64,000 bases of DNA from NCBI RefSeq assembly GCF_009914755.1, contig NC_060926.1. One strand, 5' to 3'. The notes beneath the pieces are model-generated. The model was given only the letters and a program-made list of their open reading frames with translations, was not told where the DNA came from and ran no database searches. The DNA is from the human T2T-CHM13v2.0 reference genome, Homo sapiens. Below are positions 1-13,405 of the stretch, piece by piece. Position numbers and translations under genes: made by a program. Numbering within the stretch: the stretch's first letter is position 1; every line of letters begins with the position of its first letter.

Positions 1-110
1 GAGACTGGCTTATTTCACTTGGCATAATGTCCTCAAGGTTCATCCATGTCACTTCTGACAGATTTTCCTTTTTTAAATGGCTGAAAAATATTTCATTGTA
101 TATATATAAG
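1..110 (-). mobile_element. Old L1M (L1MA/MB-type) 3' UTR fragment, cut by the window edge
   Basis: GACTGGCTTATTTCACTTGGCATAATGTCCTCAAGGTTCATCCATGT is typical antisense L1M 3' UTR sequence. Confidence 0.75.
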
Positions 111-300
111 CCATATTTTAATAAACATATATTTTTAACTGAGAAATAAAAATTACACATTATCACATAAAACATTCTGAAATAGGTATATATTGTGCAA
201 TGGCTAAATTGAGCTAACTGATATATGTATTACCTCACATTCTCGTTTTTGTGGTGAGAACACTTAAAATCTAATCTCTACGAATTTTAAGAATACGACA

Positions 301-1546
301 TGAGGGGACTTCAAAGAGTTTGTGAAAAATGAAATCAAACGATAAAAATTAAAGATATAAACTTTATTTCTCAATATAAGTTCTATCAAGTTTAAGACAC
401 TTTTGTAGTGATGATACCAGCCGTTTAGTCCATCCCATTAGAACTGAGAGTCCTGGGAATTTAACCATATCGATGCAGTCTTTTTTTTACATTAACTGAT
501 GAAAAATAAGTGCATTTTAAAGATTTTTTAAGATTAGGACAAAAATAAGCCAAAGGAGCCAAATCAGCACTGTAAGGTGAATGACTAATGAGCGGAATCA
601 GCAGGAACATTGTTATGGTAGAGAAGGACTCTCTGGTGAAGATTTCCTGGGCATTTTTTGGTTAAAGCTTAGCTAACTTTCTCAAAACCCTCTCATAATA
701 AGCAGATGTTATCATTTTTTGGCCTTTCAGGAAGTCAACAAGCAAAATGCCTTAAGCATCTCTAAAATTGTTGCTATGACCTTTGCTCTTGACCAGTCCC
801 CTTGTGCTTTGACTGGAACACTTCCACCTTTTGGTAGCCATTGCTTTGATTGTGCTTTGTCTTCACGATAATACTGGCAAAGCTATGTTTTGTCTCCTGA
901 TACAATTCTTCAAAGCAATGCTTCAGGAGCTTTCTTCTACTTGTTTAAAATTTCCATTGAAAGCTTTGCTCTTCTCTGCAGTTGATCTGGGTGCAATGGT
1001 TTTGGCAACCATCAAGTGGAAAGTTTGCTTAACTTTAATTTTTTAGTAAGAATTGTGTAAACTGGGCCAACTGAGATGTCTATAATGTTGGCTATTTTTT
1101 CTATTATTAATCATTGGTCTTCTTCAATTATGCCATGAACAAGATTAATTTCCTCCTTGCAAATTGATGTGAATGGTCTGCTACTGCAGGCTTCATTTTC
1201 AACATGTCTGATCTCTCCTTAGAATGAGTTATCCATTTGTAAACTGCTGATTTCTTTGGGGCAATGTCTCCATAAACTTTTCATAAAGCACCAGTGAATT
1301 CAGCATTCTTTTACCCAGGGTTCACCATAAATTTGATGTTTATGTTTGCTTCAATTTTAGTAGAATTCATGTTGTTCAAATAGGGGCTCCTTTCAAACTG
1401 ATGTCCTTCCTCATGCCTGAAACTAGGTCCTGTTCAGACATGCCATAACAAGTTAGTATGAGTTTATTTTGGTGCAGGAAAACTTTGAAATCTATGCATA
1501 GTTTTTGATAATACACATTTTCCATGAACTTTTAAAAGTCCCCTCC
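301..1546 (-). mobile_element. HSMAR2 mariner DNA transposon, essentially full length
   Basis: Terminal inverted repeats TGAGGGGACTTCAAAGAGTTTGTGAAAAATG (301) and CATTTTCCATGAACTTTTAAAAGTCCCCTC (~1516-1545); mariner transposase remnant between them. Confidence 0.92.
364..1370 (-). pseudogene. Decayed HSMAR2 mariner transposase
   Basis: ATG at 1370. Minus-strand motifs WLPKPL (WVPxxL), IVSGD (TGDE), YHNNVPA (HHDNAPAH) and PYSADLAP (YSPDLAP). No long ORF in the track; apparent internal deletion near 590. Confidence 0.85.
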
Positions 1547-1547
1547 T

Positions 1548-1921
<374 letters not shown>

Positions 1922-3740
1922 CTATCTCACTAAAATTTTGTGCCTTTTGACAAACAACTACTGCCACCCTTAACCCCTGCTACCTACCATTCTGCTTTCT
2001 ACTTCTGAGTTCAACTTTTCTAGATTCCACGTCTAAGTGAGATCATGCAGTATTTGTCTTTCTGTGCTTGGTTTATTTCTCTAAGCATTATTTCATTCAA
2101 GTTCATCCATGTTGTTGCAAATGACAAGATTTTCTTCTTTTTTAAAGCTGAAGAGTATCGTATTGTGTGTATATATCACATTTTCTTTGTTCATTTGTTG
2201 ATGAACACTTAGATTGACTCCATATCTTGGTCATTGTGGATAATATTGCAAGAACCATGGGATTGCAGGTTATCTCTTCAACATACTGATTTCATTTCCT
2301 TTGGATATACCCTGGAGTGAAATTTATGGATCTACCATGTAGTAGTTCTACTTTTAATTTTTTGAGAAATTTCTATTCTGTTCTTTATAATGTCTATACT
2401 AATTTACATTGCAACCAACAGTGTGCAAGTATTCCCTTTTCTTTCCAACCTTGCCAAAGACTTGTTATCTTTTTTGTTTTTTTTGTTTTAGTGATAGCCA
2501 TTCTAACAGATGTGAGATGATTTATCACTATGGTTTTAATTTGCATTTCTCTGATTACTAGTGATTTTGAGCATTTAAAAATATACCTGTGGGCCATTTG
2601 TATGTCTTCTTGTTGAGAAATATTTATTTAGGTCCTTTGTCTATTTTTAATTGGGTTATTTTTAAATTGGATTATTTGTTTTCTTACTACTGAGTCTACT
2701 ATTTGTTTTCTTACTACTATTTGTTTTCTTACTACTGAGTCCGAGTTATTTATATGTTTTGGATATTGACCCCTTATCAGATGTATGGTTTGCAAATATT
2801 TTCTACCATTCTGTAGGTTGTCTTCAATCTGTTGATTTTTCTCTTGGCTATGCAGAAGTTTTTAGTTAATCTCATTTGTCTATTTTTGCTTTTGTTGTCT
2901 GTTCTTTTGGGTTTATATTTAAAAAATCCTTGCCAAGACCAATTTCATGCAGGTTTTCTCTTGTTTTCTTTTAGCAACTTTTACAGTTTCAAGTGTTACC
3001 CTTAAGTTTTAATCCATGTTAAGTCGATTTTTGTATCTAGTGTGAGATAAGGATCTAATTTCATTCTTTTGCATGTGGATAATCAGTTGTCCCAAAACCA
3101 TTTATTGAAGAAACATTCCTTTCCTCATTGTATCTTGGGACCTTTGTCAAAAATCAATGACCATAAACATGTGGATTTATTTCTGGGATCTCTATTCTGT
3201 TCTCTTGGTCAGTTTTCATGTCAGTATCATGCTGTTTTGATTACTGTAGCTTCATAGTGTATTTTGAAGTCAGGCAGTGTGTTGCCTCCAACTTTGTTCT
3301 TTTTGCTCAAGATTGCTTTGGCCGTTCAGGGTCTTTTGTGCTTCAATAAAATTTTAAGTTTTATTTCAATTTCTGTGAAAATGTTATTGTTATTTTGGTA
3401 GGGATTGCATTTAATCTGTAGATCGTATTAAGTAGTGTGGACATTTTAACAATATTAATTCTTCCAACCTATGAACACAGGATATCTTTTAGTTTATTTG
3501 TATCTTCTTCAATCTCTTAGATCAATATTTTAGTTTTCAATGTACAGGCCTTTTGCCTTCTTGGTTAAATTTATTCCTAGGTATTTTATCATATTATATT
3601 TTTAGCTATTATAGATGGGATTGTTTTCTTGATTTCTTTTTTGGATAGTTCATTGTTAGTGTATAGAAATCCTTCTGATTTTTGTATGTTCATTTTGTGT
3701 CCTGCAACCTTACTGAATTTGCTTATTAGTCATAATGTTT

Positions 3741-3760
3741 TGTGTGTGTGTGTGTGTGTG
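3741..3760. repeat. (TG)10 microsatellite within L1
   Basis: Direct reading. Confidence 0.9.
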
Positions 3761-4420
3761 GAGTCTTCAGAGTTTTTTGTATATAAGATCATGTTATCCA
3801 GAAACAGGGACAACTTAACTTTTTACTTTTCAATGTGGATCCCTTTTATTTCTTTCTCTTGCCTAATTGTTCTGGCTAGGACTTCTAGTACCATGTTGAA
3901 TAGAAGTGGTAGGTATGGGCATCCTTGTCTTGTTCCTGATCTTAGAAGGAAAGCTTCTGTTAGCTGTGGGTTTATCATAGATAGCTTTTATTGTGTTGAG
4001 ATATGTTCCTTCTGCACCTAATTTGTTGAGAGTTTTTATTATAAAAGAATGTTATATTTTGTCAAATGTTTTTTCTACATCTATTGAGATGATCATGTGA
4101 TTTTTGTTCTTCATTCTTTAATGTGTGGTGTATCACATTTATAGATTTGCATATGTAGAACTGTCCTTGCATTCCTGGGGTAAATCCCATTTTATTATAG
4201 TGAACAATCCTTTTAAAATGCTGTTAAATTCAATTTTCTAGTATTTTGTTGAGGGTTTTTGCATCTATGTTCATTACAGTATTGGCCTATAATTTTTATT
4301 TCTTCTAGTGTCCTTGTCTAGCTTTAGTATCAAAGTAATCCTGGCCTCATAAAAGGAGGTAGAAAGTGTTCCCTCTTCTTCAGTTATTTGAAAGAGCTTG
4401 AGAAGGATTGATATTAGTTC

Positions 4421-4708
<288 letters not shown>

Positions 4709-5319
4709 TGATATTAGTTCTTTACATATTTGGTAGAATAGAGCTGTGTAGTCATCAGTTCCTTGGCTTTTCTTAGATGGCAATCTTTGTGTTACTGATT
4801 CACTGTCCTTACTTGTTATAGGTCTACTTCAGATTTTTCTTTTTCTTCATGAGTCATCCTTTGTAGGTTATGTGTGCCTAGGAATTTATCCACTTTTTTT
4901 TCTAGGCTATTTAATTTGTTGGTATATAATTATTTATTAAGAATAGTCTCTTGTGATACTTAGTATTTCTGTGGTATCAGTTATTCTTCTTTCATTTCTG
5001 ATTTAGTTTGATTATTCTATCTTATTTCTTAGTCTAGCTAAAGATTTGTCAATTTTGCTCACTTTTTTGAAAAACCAACTTTGTTAATTTTTTTCTAGTT
5101 TCTATTTCATTTCTATTTCCATATATTTGTCAATTTTCCAGTTTTTCTACTGCTATAGATATATAGTTTCATTCTATTGTGGTTGGAAAAATACCTTCAT
5201 ATGATTTCAATCTTCTTAAATTTGTTAAGACTTGTTTTGTGACCTAACATATGATCTATCATGGAGAATGTCCCATGTGAACTTGTCAAATATGTGTATT
5301 CTGGTGCTGTTGGGTGGAA

Positions 5320-5325
5320 TATGTG

Positions 5326-5370
<45 letters not shown>

Positions 5371-5395
5371 ATATATATGTGTGTGTACATATATA
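5320..5395. repeat. Compound (TA)n/(TG)n microsatellite
   Basis: Direct reading. Confidence 0.9.
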
Positions 5396-5539
5396 AATTT
5401 AGTGTATTCGCTTGAGGATTTTTACATCTATGTCGAAAGTAGTATATTGAAGTCTGCTATTATTATTTTGTTGCCTATTTTGCCCTTCAATTCTGTCAAT
5501 GATTGCTTCACATATTTAAGTGCTGTGATGTTGAGTGCA

Positions 5540-5546
5540 GATAGAT

Positions 5547-5599
<53 letters not shown>
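5540..5599. repeat. GATA tetranucleotide STR: GATA GAT (GATA)13
   Basis: 13 perfect GATA units at 5547-5598. Confidence 0.95.
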
Positions 5600-7539
5600 T
5601 TATATCTTCCTGTTACAATAGTAACAAGTTGAACTTGTTCTTAACTTGTTATTATTATATCCTTCTTTGTCTCTTTGTGACACTTTATTAAAGTCAATTT
5701 TAATAAAGACATTTTATTAAAGTCAATTAATTAAAGTCAATTTTGTCTAAGTATGGCTATTCTTGCTCTTTTGGTTACCATTTGCCTGAAATATCTTTCT
5801 CCATCCTTTTATTTTCAGCCTATGTGTGTCATTAAATCTAAGGTGAGTCTCTTATAGTCAGCATATAGTTGGATCTTGTCTTTTTTTTAACCACTATGTC
5901 TACTCTAGATTTTTTTATTGTTGAGTTTAATCCGTGGACACTTAAAGTAATTATTGATAGGGAAAAATTTACTACCTCAGTTTTGTTAATTGCTTTCTAT
6001 CTCATAGTTCTTTTGCCCCTCTTTTCCTCTCTTGTTGTCTTCCTTTGTGTTTCATTGATTTTTTTTTTTTTTGTAGGGACATGCTTTGATTCCTCTCTCA
6101 TTTGTGTATCTTATATTGGCATTTTCTGTGTGGTTACCATGATGCTTACATAAAACATCTTATAGTTATAACAATCCATTTTAAGCTGATAACTTCAGTT
6201 CAATTGCATACAAAAACTACATTTTTGCCCCCTCTTCATGTTATTAATGTCACAAATTACATCTTTTAATATTGTGTATCTATTAACATTTTAATATAGT
6301 TGTAGTTATTTTCATACTTTCGTCTCTTAACTCTATACCAAAATTAAAAGTGATTTTTGCACTACAATTACGTTATTATTGTATTTTGTATTTGTCTATA
6401 TATTTACCTTTATCAACAAGCTTTACAGTTTATATAATTGTATAGAAGTTGCTGTTGCTGTTTTATCTCTTTTATTTCAACTTGAAGGACTCTTTAGCAT
6501 TTCTGGTAAAGCAGGTCTTACAGTGGTGCACTGTCTCAGCTTTTGCTTATCTGAGAAACTTTGTATTTTTCCTTTATTTTTGAGAAAGAGTTTCACCTAA
6601 TCTAGTACTCTTTGTTGGCAGTTTTTTCATTTTAGCACTTTGAATATGCCATCAATACCATTACACTCTCTTCTCATCTGTAAGATTTCTGTAGAGAAGT
6701 ATGCTGATAGTCTAATGGGAGTTGTCTTGTAAATCACAAGTTGCTACTCTCTTGCTGCTTTCAAAAGTCTTTCTTTGTCTGAATTTTGACAATTTGATTA
6801 TAATGTGGCATGGCGTGGATTTCTTTGGATCTTCCTAATTTGGTTAGATTGGGTGTCTTAAATCTAGGTGTTTATTTTCTTCCCCAGATTTGGAAAGTTT
6901 TCATCAATTAAAAAAATAAATTTTATGTTTCTCTTCCTCTCTCTTCTTCTGCAATTTCCATAGTGCATATATTGGTCCACTTGATGGTGTTCTATAAGAA
7001 GCTTAGGTCGTCTTCACTTCTTTTCTTCTTTTCCTTTTTGTTCCTCTGACTGGGTAATTTAAAATGACTCAAGTTTAGTTATTCTCTTTTCTTCTTGGTC
7101 AAGTGTGCTGTTGAAACTCTTTAGTAAATTTTTTAGTTCACTCACTGCATTCTTCCTCTCCAAAATTTCTGTTAAGTTCTTTTTTATATTTTCTGTTTCT
7201 TTATTGAAATTATCTTTTTGTTCATGTATCATTTTTGCTCAGCTCATTGAGCATATTTATGGTTATTTCAAATTATTTGTTGGGAAATTTACATACCTTC
7301 ATTTCTTTATGGTTGGTTTTTGGAATTTTTTTTTTTGTATCTTTGATTGGATTATTTTCCTCTTTTCCTTCATGTTCCTTGTAACTTTGTGTTGGTACCT
7401 ATGCATTTGAAAAGACAGTCACCTCTCCTAGTCTTTACAGATTGACTTTATAAAAGGAAAAGACATTCACTAATCAGCTTAGCTAGAGATTTTGAGAATT
7501 TCTGAAACATTTTCTATGGATGTATCTTCTCTGAGCATG

Positions 7540-8160
7540 TTGCTCAGCTTGTTCTTGTTCTCAGTGGCCCGCAGGCATCTAGAAGATATTGGGTCTTATC
7601 AGCACCCCAAGTTTTACTAAACAGAAACCAGTGCCTCAGGCATCCCCTCCAAAAGCTGGATCTTTGGATGCATATTCCACTCTTCTCTTTTCCCCCTGAG
7701 GGAGAGTCCACTGAGCTATATTGTCTTCTCTCTGCTGTACCATGGGCCCTCTAGAGCAGGAGCACATTGCTCAGCTTGTTTTTCTTTTCATTGGTCCCTA
7801 GCCATCTAGATTATGCTGAGTGCTGTCCATGTTTTGAGATAAAAGAGACAGAAATCAGTCCCTTGGACAGCTCCCCCAAAAGCCAAAACACCTGTCCTGT
7901 TCTTTTCTTTGCAACCTGAGCAATAGACCATAAAGTCATTATCAGCGTCTGCCTGCTGTACTGTGGTCCCTCTGAAGCAACAGCATGCTATTCAGCTCTA
8001 TTGTTCGTAGTGGCCCCCAGGCAGCCAGAGTATTCTGGGTCCCATCAGCATTCCAAGAAAGATCAGACAGAAGCTGATCCCCTTGGCAGCTTCCACTAAA
8101 GTCAGAACATTGGGCATGTATTTCCATCTTCTCTTTTACTCCCTAGGGAGAAGCCAGGAG
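7540..8160 (-). repeat. Three diverged ~225-bp tandem monomers in the L1M 5' UTR
   Basis: Recurring blocks TCAGCT..AGTGGCCC..AGGCA..AGA..ACAGAA..CC(T)TGG..C..AAAG start near 7541, 7768 and 7990. Confidence 0.65.
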
Positions 8161-9155
8161 CTGAGTGTTTCTTCCTGATCATGTGGCATTGTGCCAGGGA
8201 AAAGTACTGTGGCAAAAGAGAATAGGATGCTATGAATTTTTCTACTAGCTTTGATACAATTGGTTTCCTGTTTCCTTGGGGATAAAAAGAGTCTTTTAAC
8301 TGGTTTCTAGATTTCTCATAAAGGGAATGAGGGTAGGTATTATTGAATCGATATCTCCATGAGAGGGAGGAGGGTCTGGGGCCTTTTATTCTGACATCTT
8401 GCTGATGTTACCTATAACATTTTTTTTGTGGTTGAGTTTTTAAAATATTTTGTGTAGAAATTAACATTAGTGTTTATTCATTGTAAATAATTATATATAC
8501 ATTGATAAATTCGGTACTAATTTTACTTCTAATCATTCTCAAAAGTTAATGTTTATATAAAGCTGCTAGTTTTGACTATTCATGGACTTGATGAATTAGA
8601 AAATAGAAAATATTGGTAAAAAATTTATACATTTAAGGTATTATTATTAATAATGTATTTAATTCTCCAGTCTTAGATTTTACTGGGGAACTCCTGTAAA
8701 TTTTATCAGCACTTGAATCTGAAACTCACATCCCTGTTCAGTTACCCATTGGCCTATCACATGTAGTAATGGAATGACGTATGCCTAAGGGATACATTTG
8801 ACCAACATACAGTTCTTTCTATGACCATGATTTTTAGCCCAAATTCCAATATAGTTTTCTTAGTGAGCAGAACTAGAATTCAAAGCAGTCTCAGAAGCAC
8901 CTCTTATCCTTTATCCCAAGGTGCAAAATAGAATTGGCCTAAATTTCCCACTCTGTATTTCTTTTCTACTGGAGTTTTCTCTGGTTTCACCTGGCCCCAA
9001 TCCAAGCAGAAGGAACCTCTAGGACCTATCTTATCCCATTAGCTTCAAGACACAAAACACCCACAAGAAGTAGAGACACAATTTACTTACTTACCACAAA
9101 CTCAATGCAATGCTGATAGGATGACTAATTGTATGTCATTTAGTTCGTCCCAGAC

Positions 9156-9489
9156 TAGAGGTTGCAAAATGGTGGCTCATGAGCCAAGTTCAGCTAATAG
9201 ATCTGTTTGTTTGTCTAGCCCAGTGTTTGTAAAAAGTAATTTTGAATATGTTGTCACAATTTTAAAATTGGGTTGTTTTATGTAGAAATCTGGATTCTAG
9301 ATTTCTCCTGAAAAATTAAAGATCCGAAAGAGTGGACTCAAATTCCTTAAGGTAATAATAAGTTGAAATTGAATAGAGCTGCCTTCTTTACTTGGGGAAT
9401 ACTTTCTTCATTTTGTCCAATTGCCCCGTCAACTATATTCATTTACATTATCTTTCTAGTGTGGGTGGCCTTTTGGTTTTGTGACCCTG
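9156..9489 (+). mobile_element. MER102 (hAT-Charlie) DNA transposon
   Basis: Ends TAGAGGTTGCAAA...TTTTGTGACCCTG; internal TTTAAAATTGGG...AAATCTGGATT...CTTGAAAAA similarity to recalled MER102. Confidence 0.75.
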
Positions 9490-10759
9490 ACGTAACACAA
9501 CAGCATAGTTCTTTCTCTTGGGATAGTTTGAATAGAAGGATGTACATTTAAGGGTGGGGATGGGGAGAGGGCAAGGAGATTTGAATGGGTGACTATCAAT
9601 ATTCTGCCTAATGGAATCTCCTAAGAGACTGAATTAATTCAGTTGGGAATAAATCTATTGTAACTTAAATGTAGATAATCCATATATTTGTATTTGATTA
9701 AAAAATGTATAGAAGTTTACATTAGTCCTTGACCTTTTTAACACAATGGAGTTGAGAATCAATTTCTAATAATTACTGTGAGTAAATTCTTTTGGTAAAG
9801 GGCATTGCAAGGGAGTAATTTACTGCCTGTTATGGTTTTCTTGTTAGTTTCTTCAGTTTACCTTAGTATGTTTTCATTGTCTGGAAGGACTGAAATTTGC
9901 AGAAGTGATTTTCTAGTGCCATAGTAAAAAAGATTAGCAGTGACAGTTTTCTAAAATATATGTTTCCTACCAGAAGCAGCCTTCTCAGCCCATTTCCTTT
10001 AATGATATCTGGTGAGGATCTGATAAGCTTTATTCTACTTGACAGAGGTCAAAGGGCATTGTCTTCCTCTTCAATCCAGCAGCCAACAACAAAACCAGTC
10101 ATATGTTATCACCATCACACAGGAAGCTGCAGGCTTGCTTGTGTTAAACAGAGCACAAATACAGGAAAAGTGTCAGCCGGGTTAAAAGCTGGTAGAGCTG
10201 TGCTAGGAGAACATTATGCTAATAACATTACAGACAGAACTGAAGATATATGATTAAATTTCAGCATAGAGTAATTAGAAATCCTTAAACATTGAAAAAA
10301 TATAAAAAGTGGCTGTGGCCATATTATTTTCCTTTATTTGAAATGATGACTCCATTTTTAAAAATAGGAAAATAGCAGTTAAATAAAAAGTTATGTCTGG
10401 AAATAGCACAATTTCGCAAAACATGCAATTAAAAAGTTGTTAATAATTTTAAGATTGTTTCCCTCTGTTTTGTATGATAAAAATTCCTAATTATATTATC
10501 TTATTTCAAAAGAAAAGACAATCTATTTTGTGTTAATGTTTTGTCATAAATACAAATTTGTGCCTTTTAAAAACTAAAGAACTCATTTCACTGAGGAAGG
10601 GGTGTGTGCCTGGTTTTAAGGTGTTACCTGGGTCAAGGTGGGTATATTCTAGAGATATATACCAATAGAGTTTTATGTTCCATATTGGACTTCTTAAAAA
10701 AAAGATCTGAAAAGTTTTGCATAATGTTTTCTAAATTCTTTCCATTAAAAATATTAAAA

Positions 10760-11150
10760 ACTATGAATTACAAAAACCTCTAAAGAGAAAATAAACAAAA
10801 ATAATACTATATACAACTCTGCATTAACACAGTGACTGTGAACATTTTAATTCATTTCTATCTATATTTTTCAATATATTTTCAAGAGTTCAGTCCATTG
10901 CATGTGTGTGTATAGGCACATGTATACACACACACATATATACTCAAGCACAAACATGTAGATACACAAATACATTTATAACTTTGAATGTCACCTTCTT
11001 TTAACAAATTAACATTATATCAAACATTTTCATGTTTTTTGTATTTGTCATAGTCTTCATTTTTAATAGCTGTATCTGGTTTCATTGATTGAACATGCTA
11101 TAATTTATTTATTCAGTGAGCAATTGTAGGGGATGTACAAATATTTTTCT
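10760..11150 (-). mobile_element. Very old L1ME-like 3' fragment with a CA/TA-rich patch
   Basis: Degenerate L1ME-like text (CATTTTTAATAGCTGTAT..TTCATTG..TATAATTTATTTA). Confidence 0.4.
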
Positions 11151-13300
11151 TTATTGGGACACTTAACATTTCCTGAGTACCTTAGGGATAGTGCCTCTCT
11201 ATATGTTGTATCTTCTAATGGCCATGATCAGGAAGGGCCTTGTCATGTGAATAAACTATTGGACATAGTGGACCTGTTGTAATGCACGTGCCCTTAGTAT
11301 AAAGTAATTAAATAGTAAAATGTAAAGTTGCTGCTTCTAGGGAATAGTTAATGGTGTTGCATAGAAAGTATTGTTTTCTGTACAAACACATAACTCAGTT
11401 CCAGTTTGGATTCAAGAGTGTAGTCTGTTGAAGAGACTTAAAATAGATATTGTCCAGTTAGAACAGAATTTTGTAGGTTCCCTGCCAAAGTAAAGACAGA
11501 GAAAACTCATGTTTGAGGTAATACCAGGGTTAATAAGTAAAAATAGTACAAAAACTCTGTCTTAATGAGTGCTTTCTTGTTTGGGTATGTTACATACCCT
11601 ACTTGGGATATATGTGATATATGTATGCCCATTTGTATTGGAAACACTATGCTGGTTTTGCACTTTTGCTTTTAGGACCCAAGAAAAATTCTAATAGTCA
11701 TACATTGATTATTTTCTCTGAATGTCAGTCATAAAGAACCAAACACAAAAGTCCTAATGCACAGCACACCTTTATCAGAGAGTGCTTGTCATCATCCCCA
11801 GGAATATTACTGTGTCTTTTCAGACAATAAAGAAAGAAAATATTATTGCTTTACTGTCTCTCTCTCCCCCTTCACCTCTCCCTCCCTCCCTTCCTTCCTT
11901 CCTTTTGTTTTTTTTCTTCTTCCTATTTTAGGTTTCTTTTCTCCCTTGCCCCACCTACATGTCTTTCTTGGTTTAAAGGAGAGGACTCAAAAACCAGACT
12001 TTTTTAAAAAACAGATACATTTTAGCTATTGAGTATCTTATGCCACAGAGGATAATATGAAATAAAGGATTATTTTGATCTTCATAGGAATAATGATGTT
12101 TTAAATAATTCTATTATGACTCTAAATTTCTGTTGACATTATCAGTTTTTTAACATTGGAAAATTCTATTTTTTCTAATTGTAGCATTGGGTAAATATAT
12201 TTAATGTTTTTTCACAGAGAATTTTTCTTAAAAAACCATAATATAAAGAAAAGAGAAGCCTACTGCCCCAAAATAAACTCTGCCTATTTTTATTTAGGAA
12301 AATCATACACTGAAATATCAAAAGGAAGACAGAATATGATTTAGCTAGTTAGTTTTGTGTTGGGCTGATGCTGGACATGACAACAAAGAGTCTTTCTCTG
12401 CTGCATCCAGATGTTACGAGGCGATTAAACTTGGGTTTAACTGACCCAGGAGAATCAACTGGCTGCTAGAGCAGCCCTGCTTCTGGCTTTGTGGAGATCA
12501 AGGAAAGCCCTTTCAGCGTGTCTGAGAGCCAGATCCAGGGTGTCTCAGGCAAGCTGGGGAGCACGTTGGCAAAATCTCTGGGATTGTGCAATCTCTCTGT
12601 TTTTTTTTCCTGACTTTTTCCTCTCAAGAACATATGCCTAAATTGGGCCATGCAGCTGTGTGAGGGTGGAGTGCTTACACTTAGAGCTCTTAGGTCTGAG
12701 GGTGCGGGGTCAATGGTACATTAGTTCCTCCTCTCAGCATCACCCTGAGAAACTTTAGAAGTAATCCCTTGAGGTTTGTTCGTAACCTGATTTTTCACCC
12801 TAAATGTTAACATAGGGCTTGCCTTTTCTTGATATTACACATATGTAGCTAGCAGCTCTCAGACAGTTTGAAAAATGTTTCACTTGCTTTCAGAAGTCTA
12901 ATGACAAATGACAGTGACAAATGACAAATGGTTTATTTCAAAGAAGAAACTTAAGTTTAGTTGTCAGTTTAAAGAAGTCTACATTTCTGTAATATTATTT
13001 TAAAGTTTTACAGATACTTTATTAATCAGAGTATCGATTATAGAAAATGCAAAAAGCTCATATAATTCTGTTTAAAAACACATTTTGAAATAGTCCCAAC
13101 TATACTCACCCCTGGGTTTCTTTGAATTATAGAACAGATGTTTCAACATCCTTAAGGAAGAACTTGATTCTTAGGGCAAAGTTAATGTTGCAAGAGCAAG
13201 GAACAATTTGTTAGAGTACTTATCATGGTCCTCAGGAACATTATTCTGTGCCCTCTTGGACCCAAAGACATTACATTTTGTTATTACTGAGTCTGCTTGA

Positions 13301-13405
13301 TTCCTCCTCCTCTTATTTTTCCTCCTCCTTTTCCTTATCTTCTTCTCCACCTCCTCCTCTTCATCTTCTTTCTTCTTCCCACCCTTCACTACCCCCATCC
13401 TCCCT
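13301..13405. repeat. CT-rich low-complexity (TCC/TTC) tract
   Basis: Direct reading; source of the spurious K/E/R-rich ORF 13171-13398. Confidence 0.85.

Noticed and set aside
13171-13398. Charged K/E/R-rich ORF resembling an NLS-bearing protein
   Set aside because: Translation of a low-complexity CT tract
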